Below, piece by piece: positions 52,640 to 64,000 of a stretch of 64,000 nucleotides of DNA (position 1 is the stretch's first letter; each line of letters starts with the position of its first letter). A program made the translations under genes and the position numbers. The notes under the pieces were generated by a model that was not told the DNA's origin, searched no databases, and saw only the letters and a list, made by a program, of their open reading frames with translations. This DNA is from Squalus acanthias (Eukaryota), in contig CM059441.1 in NCBI GenBank assembly GCA_030390025.1, forward strand, positions 21,142,001 through 21,206,000. The letters are read 5' to 3'.

Positions 52640-54803
52640 TTCAGTTGCATTGAATTTCAGCTGCTATGAGCTGCCCGCATACTTCTTTTGTCCAACACAT
52701 TCTGTAACTTCTGAGTTGCTCTCTCCAATTCCACTGCTCCTCCCAGTTTGGTATCATCAGCAAATGTAACCAACTTACATTGAGTTTCTGAGTCCAGGTC
52801 ACTGATGTAAATGAGAAATAGTAGCGGTCCCAATACCGGGCCTTGCAGCACACCACTTAGTACCCATTCCCCTCCCACACCTCGACCCCACCATAACTCC
52901 TCTAAGGGGTTAGCTTTGGCTCAGCATCAAACTCTTGACTCTCAGTCAGAAAGTCGTGGGTTCAAGCCCCCCTCCAGAGCTTGAGCCCATAATCCAGGCT
53001 GATACCGACAGTGCAGCATTCCCAGATGAGGGAGTGCTGCACTGTCGCAACTGCCATCTTTTGGGTGAGACGTTAAACTGAGGCCCCTCCTGCCATCTCA
53101 GGTGGATGTAAAAGATCCCATAGAACTATTCAAAGAGCTCTTCCAGTGTCCTGGCCAATATTTATCCCTCAACCAACATCACTTAAACAGATTATTTGTT
53201 CATTCATCTAATTGCTGTTTGTGGGACCTTGCTGTACACAAATTGGCGGCCGCATTTCCTTACATAACAACAGTGACTACATCTCAAAAATACTTCATTG
53301 GCTGTGAAATACCTTGGGGTGTCCTGAGGTCATGAAAGGTGCTGTATAAATTGCAAGTTCTTTTTTTCTTTCTTTTCTAATGAGCATTAGTTTCTTGGTA
53401 CCATTCAGACAGTTTCTTATCCATTCCCAGGGTTTACCCTGAATACCCAGAGCTTTGAGTCTAACTAATAGCCTTTCATGAGGGACTTTGTCAAATGCCT
53501 TTTGAAAATCATAGGGCTTTCCCGATTCCACTGGGGATGTTACTTCCTCAAAGAAGTCAAGAAGGTTGGTCAGGTGATACCTTCCCCTTCCGAATCGATG
53601 TTACTCTTTACTAGGTTATCATTCTGCAGATACTTCTCAAGTTTACTCCCAACAATAAGTTCCACTATTTGCCATGAATGGAAGTGAGACTAATGGATCT
53701 GTAGCTGCCTGTGTCTGTTTTATTAGTGGGGAGCCAGTGGAGCAGCTTCTGAAAAGTATCCTGCCCCTGTCTGTAGGAGTTAAACAGGGAAACTGGCATA
53801 AGTCCAGTAATGACAGAGAAATGGCATTGAATAACGACTCAGTTATTACCGAGGACTATAAAAAAATAGACACTTCACTAGAGGATGAGCTTAAAAAGAA
53901 TAGTAATAAAGTTGGGATTGAAAGGGAGAAAATAATAGACAAACTAGCCAAACCAAAAGAGGATAAGTCCCCAGGTCCAGATGGTATGCACGCACAGATA
54001 CTCAAGGAAACTAGGGAGGAGATCGCAGAGGCACTAGTTTATATATATATAAAAGTTCCATAAAAGAGGGGGTAGTGCCAGAGGACTGGTGGCTAGCTAA
54101 TGTTGTTCCTATGTACAAAAAGGGAGATAGAACAAAACCTGGGAGCTATAGACCAGTCAGCTTAACATCAGTGATCGAAAAGATACTGGAATCTATACTA
54201 AAAGAAAAGATGGTAGTACATTCTAAAGACAGAAAATATAACTAAAAATAGTCAGCATAGATTCCAAAAGGCTAAATCGTGCTTAAGTAACCTGAAAGAA
54301 TTCTTTGAAAAGGTAACAGAGAGAGTAGACATGGGTAGTGTAATAGATGTCATATACTTAGATTTTCAAAAAAGCTTTGCTAAGGTACCACACGGTTGGC
54401 TCATGACAATGGTTAGGGCATGTGGAGTCTGGGGACAAATAGTTGAATGATATCAAATTGGCAAAAAAAATAAAAAACAGAGAGTAGGGGTAAAGAGTAG
54501 TTATTCAGATTAGAGGAAGGTAGAAAATGATGTTCCATAAGGATCAGTGCTGGGACCACTGTAATTCATAATTTACATTAATGATTTGGATTTAGGAATA
54601 AGTAACACAATATCAAACTTTGCAGATTATACCAAACTGGGGGTTATAGCTAACACTGAGGAAGAATACAACATAATAAAAGAAAACATTAGAAAACTTG
54701 CAGACTGGGCAGTTAAGTGGCAAATTAACTTTAACATAGATACATGTGAGATGATGCACTTTGGTATGAAAAACAGAAACATCACCTACACCTTAGAAAA
54801 TAA
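52640..54803. mobile_element. Old CR1 fragments on both strands with a nested SINE (52910-53365)
   Basis: [20 protein letters not shown] and KSPGPDG motifs with many stops. Confidence 0.7.
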
Positions 54804-55130
54804 GGGGGAGAAATTCAGTATCGCCCCGTTTGGGGGGCAGTAACTTTTGAAAGCTGAGAAACTTTGTGCCAGGCGCCAATGATTCCCAGCATTTAAAAAA
54901 TTTGGTTTTAGCTTCCCAGTAAGGTAGCAGGCGGGGCGGTAGGTGTGCAGCACTGCCGCGTTGGAAGGCTCCTTCCCCCCTTAAAAGGAAGGGCCATCGC
55001 TGCAGGCTCTGCAAGGGGAAAACTTACCTGGTCCCCGACGGCAGCCGCGATCCGTCCCGATCAGCCCGATGCACTGCAGCAGAGTGCCGGGCTCATCGAT
55101 CGCGGGGGAAGACAAAGTGAAAAATAAACA
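54804..55130. mobile_element. Truncated Harbinger-type MITE
   Basis: TAA|GGGGGAGAAATTCAGTATCGCCCC; colinear with 31615-31980. Confidence 0.72.
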
Positions 55131-55824
55131 GAACCAGCATTTCTGATTTTTTAGATAGAATAGGAGGAGACTCGTGTGGAGTATAAACACCAGCACAGAC
55201 TGGTTGGGCTGAATGGCCTGTTTCTGAGCTGTATGTTCCACGCAATTCTATCTAAGTTCTTGCCATTGTTTTTAAATGAGTGCAGCTTTATTCATTGCAG
55301 TTGGAAAGTTCTTTTTTCAAATAGATGCAGCTTCCTTCAGTCTTAAATTCCCACGGAGCCATTTTGAATGTATGTACAATTGCAGTAATTACACATTAAA
55401 AATTGAAACTGATAATATTTTACTGTGATATCGATTTATTCACTAGTGTTTATACAAAGCATGTTATAGTCTAAATTTTACAAGCATAAATAAAATGCAG
55501 TAATAAAAATATGTACAACCATAATTGTGTCAATACAAATATCATTTAGAACAAATGTAACACTAAAACATTTCTCATATACGATTTGTATCGTAACTGA
55601 TAGGAGATAAAATATACATGTCTGTTTGCTTTCCTTGTTAGTGGTTATTCTTTTCTTTTTGATCCTGGGTGATTCAGCCTCACAGCTGTCTCACTCCTAC
55701 TAAGCCCATGATGATGGAAATGCTGATTATTGGAGAAGTCTCTCGGGCTCACCCGCGCTCTAAGCTCTTAAGCATGGATGAAGTGGTTAAAGGACTTCAT
55801 GGTATATGGGAGTAGAGGCCAGTA

Positions 55825-56270
55825 GAAACATAGAAAAATAGGAGCAGGAGTAGGCCATTCGGCCCTTCGAGTCTGCTCCACCATTCAGTATGATCATGGC
55901 TGATATTTATCTCAATACCATATTCCCACTCTCTCCCCATACCCCTTGACGCCTTTTGCATCTAGAAATCTATCTATCTCCTTCTTAAACATATTCAGTG
56001 ACTTGGCCTCCACAGCCTTCTGTGGTAGAGAATTCCACAGGTTCACCACCCTCTGAGTGAAGAAATTTCTCCTCATCTCAGTCCTAAATGTCCTAACCCG
56101 TATCCTGAGACTGTGACCCCTCATTCTAGACCCCCCAGCCAGGGGAAACATCCTCCCTGCATCCAGTCTGTCTAGCCCTGTCAGAATTTTACACGTTTCA
56201 ATGAGATCCCCTCTCATTCTTCTAAACTCTAGTGAATACAGGCCTAGTCGACCCAATCTCTCCTCATATG
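55825..56270 (-). mobile_element. CR1 3' fragment
   Basis: [23 protein letters not shown]. Confidence 0.85.
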
Positions 56271-57646
56271 ACATGAGCTTTGACAGAGATACACCAGTAA
56301 AACAGCAGCCAAGCTCCAAGGACCTAACTCTCCAGTTCCTGTATAAGTTACATAGTGCATGCCACATATCTGAGACATGGGCACCTGCATATGGCTCCAA
56401 TCAACGTGTTTATGGCAAGAAGCCCACGCACATTTCCGGCTGGATGTGCGCCGCCCACTATATTGGATGAGGGGGCTTCAGGAGCGCATGTCGGGAACAT
56501 TCAAAAGCGGTAATAATTTATTTGAGTTAGGGCCTTGCGCCTCTTGCGGGACCAGTTCTCAATTTTCGAACGCCCCAGGGCTTCACTCGCCACGTGCTGA
56601 ATTTGCACAGCACAACGTAGCACTGACCAGCAGGAAGGCCTCCACACTTAACCAGAACGTGAAGCCAGGAGGAGCAGGGCTCCTCCTGACCCCACAGTAA
56701 AGCATCCTGGGACACTCCCATACAGCCCCCCCACCCTCAAACGGCCACTGAAGCCCCCCTCCACCGACCAAGCACCCACCCCGCCACCCCCACCCCGGCT
56801 AGCAAATCCAATCCCCAGCCACTAATCTCAACCGCCCCCCCTCCCACCCTCCCAACATCGCCCCTCTTCCTCACTTACCTGAGGGCCTCTGCCAGCATCG
56901 TAGCAGCTCAATCTTCAGTGATGCTTCAGCGGGAGAGAAGCCTTTTACTCTCCACAGCTCACCCGCTTGGTGGAAATGAGGCCCGAGGTCCAATATTGGG
57001 GGCGCCTCGGGCCTCACCATTCAGGCGTAGGGATTGTACCCTTTCCCCCCCTCAACCCCACCCCCACCCCACCACATACCTAAAAATAGGCACACCTAAA
57101 TTTCTAGGCTATTGTGTCTGTGTCCTTTGTTTTCTTTCTTCCCTTGAGAGCAGATGCAGAGGAGACAGAGATCACACCGAACTAAATATACATTGTGGTG
57201 TACTCATTTACTCATTCAGTTTAAAATCAACCAGAAAAACAGGAACAAGCATTTTACAACAGCGACAGTTACGATAAAAAAATTTCTCCTGACTCAACCC
57301 CTTCAGGTTTTATTTATAAATTTCGGAGTATCTCTAGATGGGAAGTTGGTGGTTGAAGCATGTGATTGAATCTGCTACATCAGTGTGGTGCTGGGAACAT
57401 TTACATTTTTTTTTAAAGTCATCTGTAATAGTTTTACAAGCATTATCATCTGCACCATAATTTAACAATGTATATTTTACAAGTCGTTGATTCATCTGAT
57501 GTCTAATTTGCTCAGCAACACAATTCACGGGTAATCCTCTGCGGCTGGCTCAACAATTTTAAAGAAAGAAGAAAAAAAGAAAGCACTTTCGCAACCTCAG
57601 GAAGTCCCAAAGCGCTTGACAGCCAGTGAAGTACTTATGAAATGTA

Positions 57647-58481
57647 GGGCTGGATTTTGCCAGCCCTGGGGAGGCGGGTTTGGAGGCGGGACTGCCGGTA
57701 AAATGGCAGAATCTGGGGGCAGGTGCCCAACCCGCCTCCATGCCATCTTCCCAGGAGGTGGGTAGCAGTCCCCCGCCGGGTCCTGTCTCCTTGGAGGCTG
57801 GAAGGGATTACAGCCACTTAACTGCCTGTTAACAGGTAGTTCACAGGCAGATAAGAGGATTATCCCCATTTTGCCCACACAAGTGCGGGCTTCCCGAAAG
57901 CTCCGAAACCCGCCAGAGTCCCCGAGGCGAGTAGTGGGTCTGCGGGGGTCGAAGGGGTCCAAAAGTGCACTGTGGAGGTAAGTGATGGGTGCAAGTGTGG
58001 AGAGGTGAGTATCTGAGGTAAGTGGAAAGTCTCAGAAAAAGTGTACTTACCTTTGTTTCTTCCTGCAGGCTTCAATCGGTGGGTATTCGAAGAGTCTCAC
58101 ATCTCCACGGCAGAGATGACAGATGGCCGTTGCATTCTCCAATGCAACAACCATCTAATTTCTGCAAAAGAAAGAGGTTTGATGAGGTCTTGAATTCAAG
58201 AACTCATCAAACTACAGAGAATGTCAGTGTTTGACAGCTTCACAGAGCTGTCAAACGATGACAATTCATCTGTCAAAAATTTTTGACAGATGAAACGTCA
58301 TACATTGACATTCTTTGTAACCGGCTTTCCCTTAATTGGCCTACTGAGCCCGATGGGCGGGCTTAACAAGGTCAATCAAGGGAAAATAGCGTGGGTTGGC
58401 CAGAAGTTGATGGAGGCGGGACTGAAACCCGACAAGTGGGAGTCCCGCCTCCAAAAGCTCTCCATTGGCAAAATCCAGCCC
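57647..58481. mobile_element. Harbinger-type MITE (family C TIR) inserted in a SINE
   Basis: Perfect 16-bp TIR GGGCTGGATTTTGCCA; TSD GTA. Confidence 0.9.
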
Positions 58482-58911
58482 GTAGTCTCTGTTGTAATGT
58501 ACGAAAGATGGCAGCCAATTTTCATAATTAATTTTCCCAATATTAATAAGGAACTAACAGTTTCTCTTATTCTCACTGAAGCCAAAATACAGGAAAGAGA
58601 GAACTAACTCTTTTGGAATCAATGTTCACAGTAATGTGGTGGTCACTGGTGTTTAACAGGGATGGTTACACGTATTGCGACAGATGTAAAGAAAACCTCG
58701 AAGAAGCAGGAGATGAGGCAGATTGCAATTTGTAACTAAAGGTCATCTTAATTTTCAGTTCTACAAAATAATGTTGTAATTTCTGCTTTTCTTCTATGAA
58801 ATTAAACTATTTTGATTTCTACCTCGGAGAAGGAACCACTTACTTTAGTCAGACATTGGTAACCTCTTGGAGAACCATCAAGTCAGGTCTCTGAGCAAGA
58901 GGAGAACCATT

Positions 58912-59860
58912 TGTAGGATCGATTCCTCCCCCCCAACGGTAAAAATATTGGACGATGAAATATAAAAACCCAGAACTGCAGAGCTCGCAAAAAGGGCTCA
59001 GCAATAAAGGGTTAATTCAAACATTGCAGCCGAAACTACGACTGGATCACAATCTAAAATCTGAACACGAACATTCGTATATTCATGCACCTTAAGTGGC
59101 TACACTGTTCACCTTAGACCATAGCCCCCGAATAACTAGTATCAGTGCAGGCCGAGACAATGGGCCGGGCCTTGAAACTTTTGAATACGAATGCTAACAG
59201 AAACCAAGAACTTCGCATATGCATCACTTTGGGAAGGTTGCATTGTCAGAAAGGTATCTCTAATCAATGGACAATACCAGGGACAATTCACACATTTTTG
59301 AAACGGCCATCGTATGCTCAGGAGGGGGCAAGAAACGTGTGTCAAGATACTGCAAGTTGGTTTTGGTTTAATGTAAGAGCACTTCGAAGACAGTGGTGTG
59401 GGAAGCCGATGGCAGAACAGCGAACAGAAAGATTTGGGCCTACAATCAACTCCAAGAGACAGCCGATCGGGAGTGGTGATTGTATATTTCAGTCAAATCA
59501 TAGAGGGGGCTTTTATGATTGAGTCTGAGTAAGTTTGTGAGTTTCAGTCAGATCACAATAAGGGCTTTGTGATTGAGTCTGGGTAGCTTTATATGTAACA
59601 GTCAAATCGCGGACGGGTTTAACTGTGTCATATTGTGTCGATGTAAATGACCCTTGCGTAGGGGTTTGTATTTTGGGGTTGTTAGCCTGATATAAATCGT
59701 AGGGATTTATACTGGAGAAGTAATTGTGTGTGTGTGTTCAATAAACAAATTAATCAAAGGTTGAGCTAAATCCCTGTGCCGTGTGTATTTTGTTCTTATA
59801 AATCCTGACGTCCAAGAACTGAGTGTAACGGGGGACCAGTAACGGAGAAAACCCCTTACA
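58912..59860 (+). mobile_element. Solo LTR (949 bp) with 4-bp TSD
   Basis: CATT|TGTAGG...CTTACA|CATT; AATAAA near 59740; internal ~55-bp tandem repeats at 59490-59620. Confidence 0.8.
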
Positions 59861-60048
59861 CATTCTATTGATGTGATACTTTTTGGTAGGAAGAACGAGA
59901 AGAGGCAATATAAACTAAAGGGTATAATTCTAAAGGGGGTGCATGAACAGAGAGACCTGGGGGTATATGTGCATAAATTGTTGAAGGTGGCAGGACAGGT
60001 TCAGAAAGCGATTAAAAAAGCCTACGGGATACTGGGCTTCATAAATAG

Positions 60049-63000
60049 AGGCTTGATTTTGCAAGACCCGAGGAGGCGGGATTGGAGGCGTGTGAGTTGT
60101 TAAAATCGGCAAAAATGGCGGGCGGGCCCAGTCCCGCCTCCATCCCACCTCCAAGCAATTTTCCCAAAAGCGTGTTTTCTGACCCCCTTTCCATCCCGAC
60201 TCCAAGAGGCGGGATAGGCCCTTGAGGCCCTTAACAACCACTTAATAGCCTCTATAATCCCATTTTGTGAGGCCTTTCCAATTTTTAGTCATTCCCCCCA
60301 TCCCTCAAGCCTCCTCTGGAACATGCCAGGTAATGCTGGCAGCCTCACAAGTGGATTGCTTACGAACAGCTGCAGCTCCACCATTACAAAGTAGTTTTCA
60401 CCAATGATCATTTGCAGGTGGCAGAACTTTGTTGTTTCAGGTCTGGGGGAACTTTTAGCAGGCATACTCAGTGTTGTGGAAGTTTGGAGCCTAACACCCA
60501 TCTCCAGTGTGACCTCCTGGGAAACCCCTCTCCCCACCTTGACTAAGTGCTTCCTCAACTGAGGCATATACCAGAAGCATGGCGACCATTTAATTCCTTT
60601 CCTCCTGGACATCAGATTCGGATGAAAACCAGCCACGGCAGCAGCAGAACCATGAGCGACAGCAGCACCAACAGCAGGAGCATCAACAGGAGCGCCAAGC
60701 TGTTAGTCACCCACTTGAAGATGCACAGACCAGAAGTCGCCAGAGCGTGCCCATATTGCTGCCCGGGATGCAAGGGACGCACTCATGTTGGTCACATTTG
60801 CTTAGCCTGTACAATCAAACACTTTTGCCTCGCACCTTCTTACCAGAGCATCGACAATGGACAAGAACCTGGCGATTCCTAGCACTCTGACCATCATACT
60901 GACAATTGAAAGTTGCTCTAAGCCCTCAATGTGGAAGTCCCATTTGCGAGATGACACAGGCCACAACTTCAACAGTTTGCCATCAGAATTTTTTATCACA
61001 ACAAGCAACTGGTGGCATTTCAAAAATAAACACAACATAACATCGAATTGACTACCCTTGTGACTACTTGTGCATTATCTTCCTCTTACACGTGCTCCTA
61101 CGTGGTGCTTCCCCTGTGGCTTCAGCAGATGTGGAGGCCCCTTGCTCACTTTCTTGCTGCTCCTGTCTCGACACCTTTGGAGGCCGTCCTCTGGGGTTGC
61201 GAACCTCTGAGGGCTCGGCAACAGTCTGCTGCTCCTACGGCTGTGCAGGAAATGAGACGCCCATCTCAGTTGGGTGAGGACTCTGGTGGGGCTCTGACCG
61301 AGTGCTTTGCAGTGGCATGGTCGTTTGAGCGCTTGGAGAGGAGCCCCCACTTTCTTGTTGTCTGCCACCAACTGCACCTTGCTGCACTTCAGTGGGGCCA
61401 TGAGGACCCGTTTCTGCACTGGAAGTCCTACTCCAGAGGACTTCCATGAAGGTCTGGTTTCTATGCTCAGTAGCTGAACATCGCTCCTCAAGAGATGCCA
61501 GTCTATTCTGAACAATGACCATGGTTTCTACACTCTGGCGACTTAGCTGCTCCATGGCCGTAGCCATCCTCTCCTCTACTGTAGCCATCCTTTCCACGGA
61601 GGTTGCCATCCTTTCCTTGTTGATGCGTTCATGCGCCAATGCCTCCACAAAGGCTCTGCTCATGTTCGCGATGGACTCCTCCATTCGCTCGACACTTGCA
61701 GCGGCCCTGGAGACAAAACCTGCCAGAGACTCCTGCACCTGTTCCTGGAGTTCCAGCACCGCTCTCCTTCTGGATGGACACGGAGCCACAGGGTCAACAT
61801 GCAGCTGAGCTGAGCTGGCAGAGTCCTGCCCCCTCCGACGAGGACTCTCCACTGCTGTCCCTGTCTCCACCATCTGCTGATGCTCACTTGTGAGCTGTGA
61901 TACACCAGGTGCCAACAATACTCTATCTCGCGAAGGTCCCACCAAGGTGTGCGTGTCTGCGCTGGTGCTGGGTGTGCTGAATTCTGCTGAGGCTGCGCCC
62001 TCAGAGGTTGCAGCTTCCTCTGAGGAGTCTGGAAGCTCAGGCTTTTCCTACTGGACAGTGGGGATGGGGGCTTTCGATGGTCCTGTGGGGGAGTAAAGGA
62101 AAGAGTTAGAGATGTGAGGTCAAGGTTACATGAACATTGAATAGTGCAGATGATCATAAGTCAATCTGTTAGAGCATCAGATTCATTATCAGGGACTCAC
62201 GCAATGTCAATGAGAGAGATGCCAAACTATTCTGTCACCAGCTTGCTGCGATGCGCCCATCTGTCCATCCCCCACTTGGGAATCCTCTTCGATCTTGGCG
62301 ATTTCCATGGCCGCCTCCTCCCAGGCGGTGAGCTGGACTACTGAGGGTGGCCCTCCTCCTGTCATGGCTCTTTCCCTCTTATTGCGGGCTCTCTTTTCCT
62401 TCAATGAGGGATACAAGTGGAGTTTGAGTGAGAATGAAGGAGTGAGTGTAGATAATCCATAGCATAGATGCTTAGAAGGATACAAAGGACCATCCCTGTG
62501 TGTTGAAAGTTGTTGTTGTCATGGCATCACAGTGATAGGGAGTGTGAGGGCTGCATGGTCGAATAGTTAAGTGACTTCGAGAGAGAGAGGGAATGGGTAA
62601 GGGTGCAGGCATGTCAGTGTCAAGTGGCATGTGGAGGAAGAGGTTGGCAAAGCAGAGTGCTAGTGAGGAGAGGCGATGGGGATCAGATTGAGGGTGATGG
62701 GAAAGTCATACTCACTTTTCCTGTGCGGAGAAGATCATGAAACCTCTTCCTGCATTGCAGCCAGGTTCTGCGGCTCATCGAAATGGAGTTGACCTCCTGG
62801 GCCACTTGCAGCCACACAGCTTTTGTCTGCTGGGGTGGTTTTTTCTCCCTGCGGAAGGGAACAGCACCTCCTTATTACATCTGGCTCCGTGCACCAGAGC
62901 TTGGAGGGAGGGCTCATCAAACCGAGGTGCACACTTTTGCCTGATCGTGGACATTGTCGAGAATTCAACACCTTCATACAATTTGCAGAGCCTTTCCAGT

Positions 63001-63234
63001 CTCCAAATGAAGCAAGGCTGCTAGCAGGTCTTAAATCCAGCAGCATTGATGACGTCATCGGAGGCGACTTTCTGTATGAAAAGACTCATTGGGCCAGGTG
63101 GTCCCACACGCAGGAAATCAATTGCCCAATTAGGGGAAAATCCCACTTTTTCAGCACTTCACTTAGGAGTCGGGGTCCTGACACGATTTCCACCTGACAC
63201 GCCCCAGCCCGCCCACACTGACAAAATCCAGCCC
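60049..63234 (-). mobile_element. Third Harbinger (family C): degenerate Myb-like gene on - (62954-62716, 62398-62239, 62082 to about 61075); transposase on + lacking its catalytic core (about 60579-60805)
   Basis: Right TIR CAAAATCCAGCCC, left AGGCTTGATTTTG. APRFDEPSLQALV...QCRKRFHDL; EKRARNKRERAMTGGGPP. Transposase C-terminus AHIAARDARDALMLVTFA*. Confidence 0.82.
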
Positions 63235-63753
63235 ATAGAGTACAAAAGCAAAGAAGTTATGATGAACCTTAATAAAGCAGTGGTTCAGCCTCAACTGGAG
63301 TATTGTGTCCAATTCTGGGCACCGCACTTTAGGAAGGTTGTGAAGGCATTAGAGAGGATGCAGAAAAGATTTACAAGAATGATTCCAGGGATGAGGGGCT
63401 TTAGTTACGTGGATAGACTGGAGAAGCTGGGGTTGTTCTCCTTAGAGCAGAGCAGGTTGAGAGGAGATTTGATAGAGGTGTTCAAAATCATGAGGGGCCT
63501 AGACAGAGTAGATACAGAGAAACTGATCCCATTAGCAGAAGGGTCGAGAACCAAAGGACACAGATTTAAGGTGATTGGCAGAAGAACCAAAGGCGACATA
63601 AGGAAAAGCTTTTTTACGCAGTTAGTGTGGATGAATTAAGGAAAGCCAGCACGGATTTGTCAAAGGCAAATCGTGCTTAACTAACTTGTTTGAATTTTTT
63701 GATGAAGTAACAGAGAGGGTTGATGAGGGCAATGCGGTTGATGTGGTGTACAT

Positions 63754-63793
63754 CTAACCTAACCCTAACCCTAACCCTAACCCTAACCCTAAC
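63754..63793 (-). repeat. Interstitial telomeric sequence (TTAGGG)n
   Basis: ctaa cctaa (ccctaa)x5 c, inside CR1 RT coding sequence. Confidence 0.92.
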
Positions 63794-64000
63794 TTCCAAA
63801 AGGCATTTGATAAAGTGCCACATAATAGGCTTGCCAGCAAAGTTGAAGCCCATGGAATAAAAGGGTCGGTGGCAGCATGGATGCGAAATTGGCTAAGTGA
63901 CAGGAAACAGAGAGTAGTGGTGAACGGTTGTTTTTCAGACTGGAGGAAGGTTTACAGTGGTGTTCCCCAGGGGTCAGTACTGCGAGACGCTCGAAGCCTA

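Larger units (their letters stand above)
59870..64000 (+). mobile_element. CR1 RT fragments flanking Harbinger family C
   Basis: GILGFINRG|insertion|IEYKSKEVMM continuity; a second RT fragment starts near 63630. Confidence 0.8.

Noticed and set aside
58685-59860. Alternative LTR start at TGTAAAG (58685)
   Set aside because: No TSD there; the start at 58912 gives an exact CATT duplication.

Overview
Eukaryotic, repeat-dense vertebrate DNA. The CR1/L2 LINE and SINE families and the receptor gene suggest a cartilaginous fish such as a shark (inference). Main contents: (1) the 3' end of an endogenous LTR element (1-3271) whose env resembles a paramyxo/pneumovirus F-type fusion protein rather than a gamma-type Env, followed by a polypurine tract and a ~1.58 kb LTR; (2) one host gene on the + strand (22824-52591, 7 exons), a CD300/pIgR-like (MDIR-type) V+C2 Ig receptor with ITIM/ITSM motifs and a net +1 frameshift at the end of the V exon; (3) three two-gene Harbinger transposons (transposase plus spliced Myb/SANT partner), an older transposase relic and at least 8 short non-autonomous Harbinger-type elements; (4) three solo LTRs with exact target-site duplications; (5) many nested CR1 and L2 LINEs and SINEs; (6) a short interstitial telomeric array inside a CR1. 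No CRISPR, rRNA or intact tRNA gene was seen. All coordinates were read by eye, and family names come from motif recognition, not database searches.
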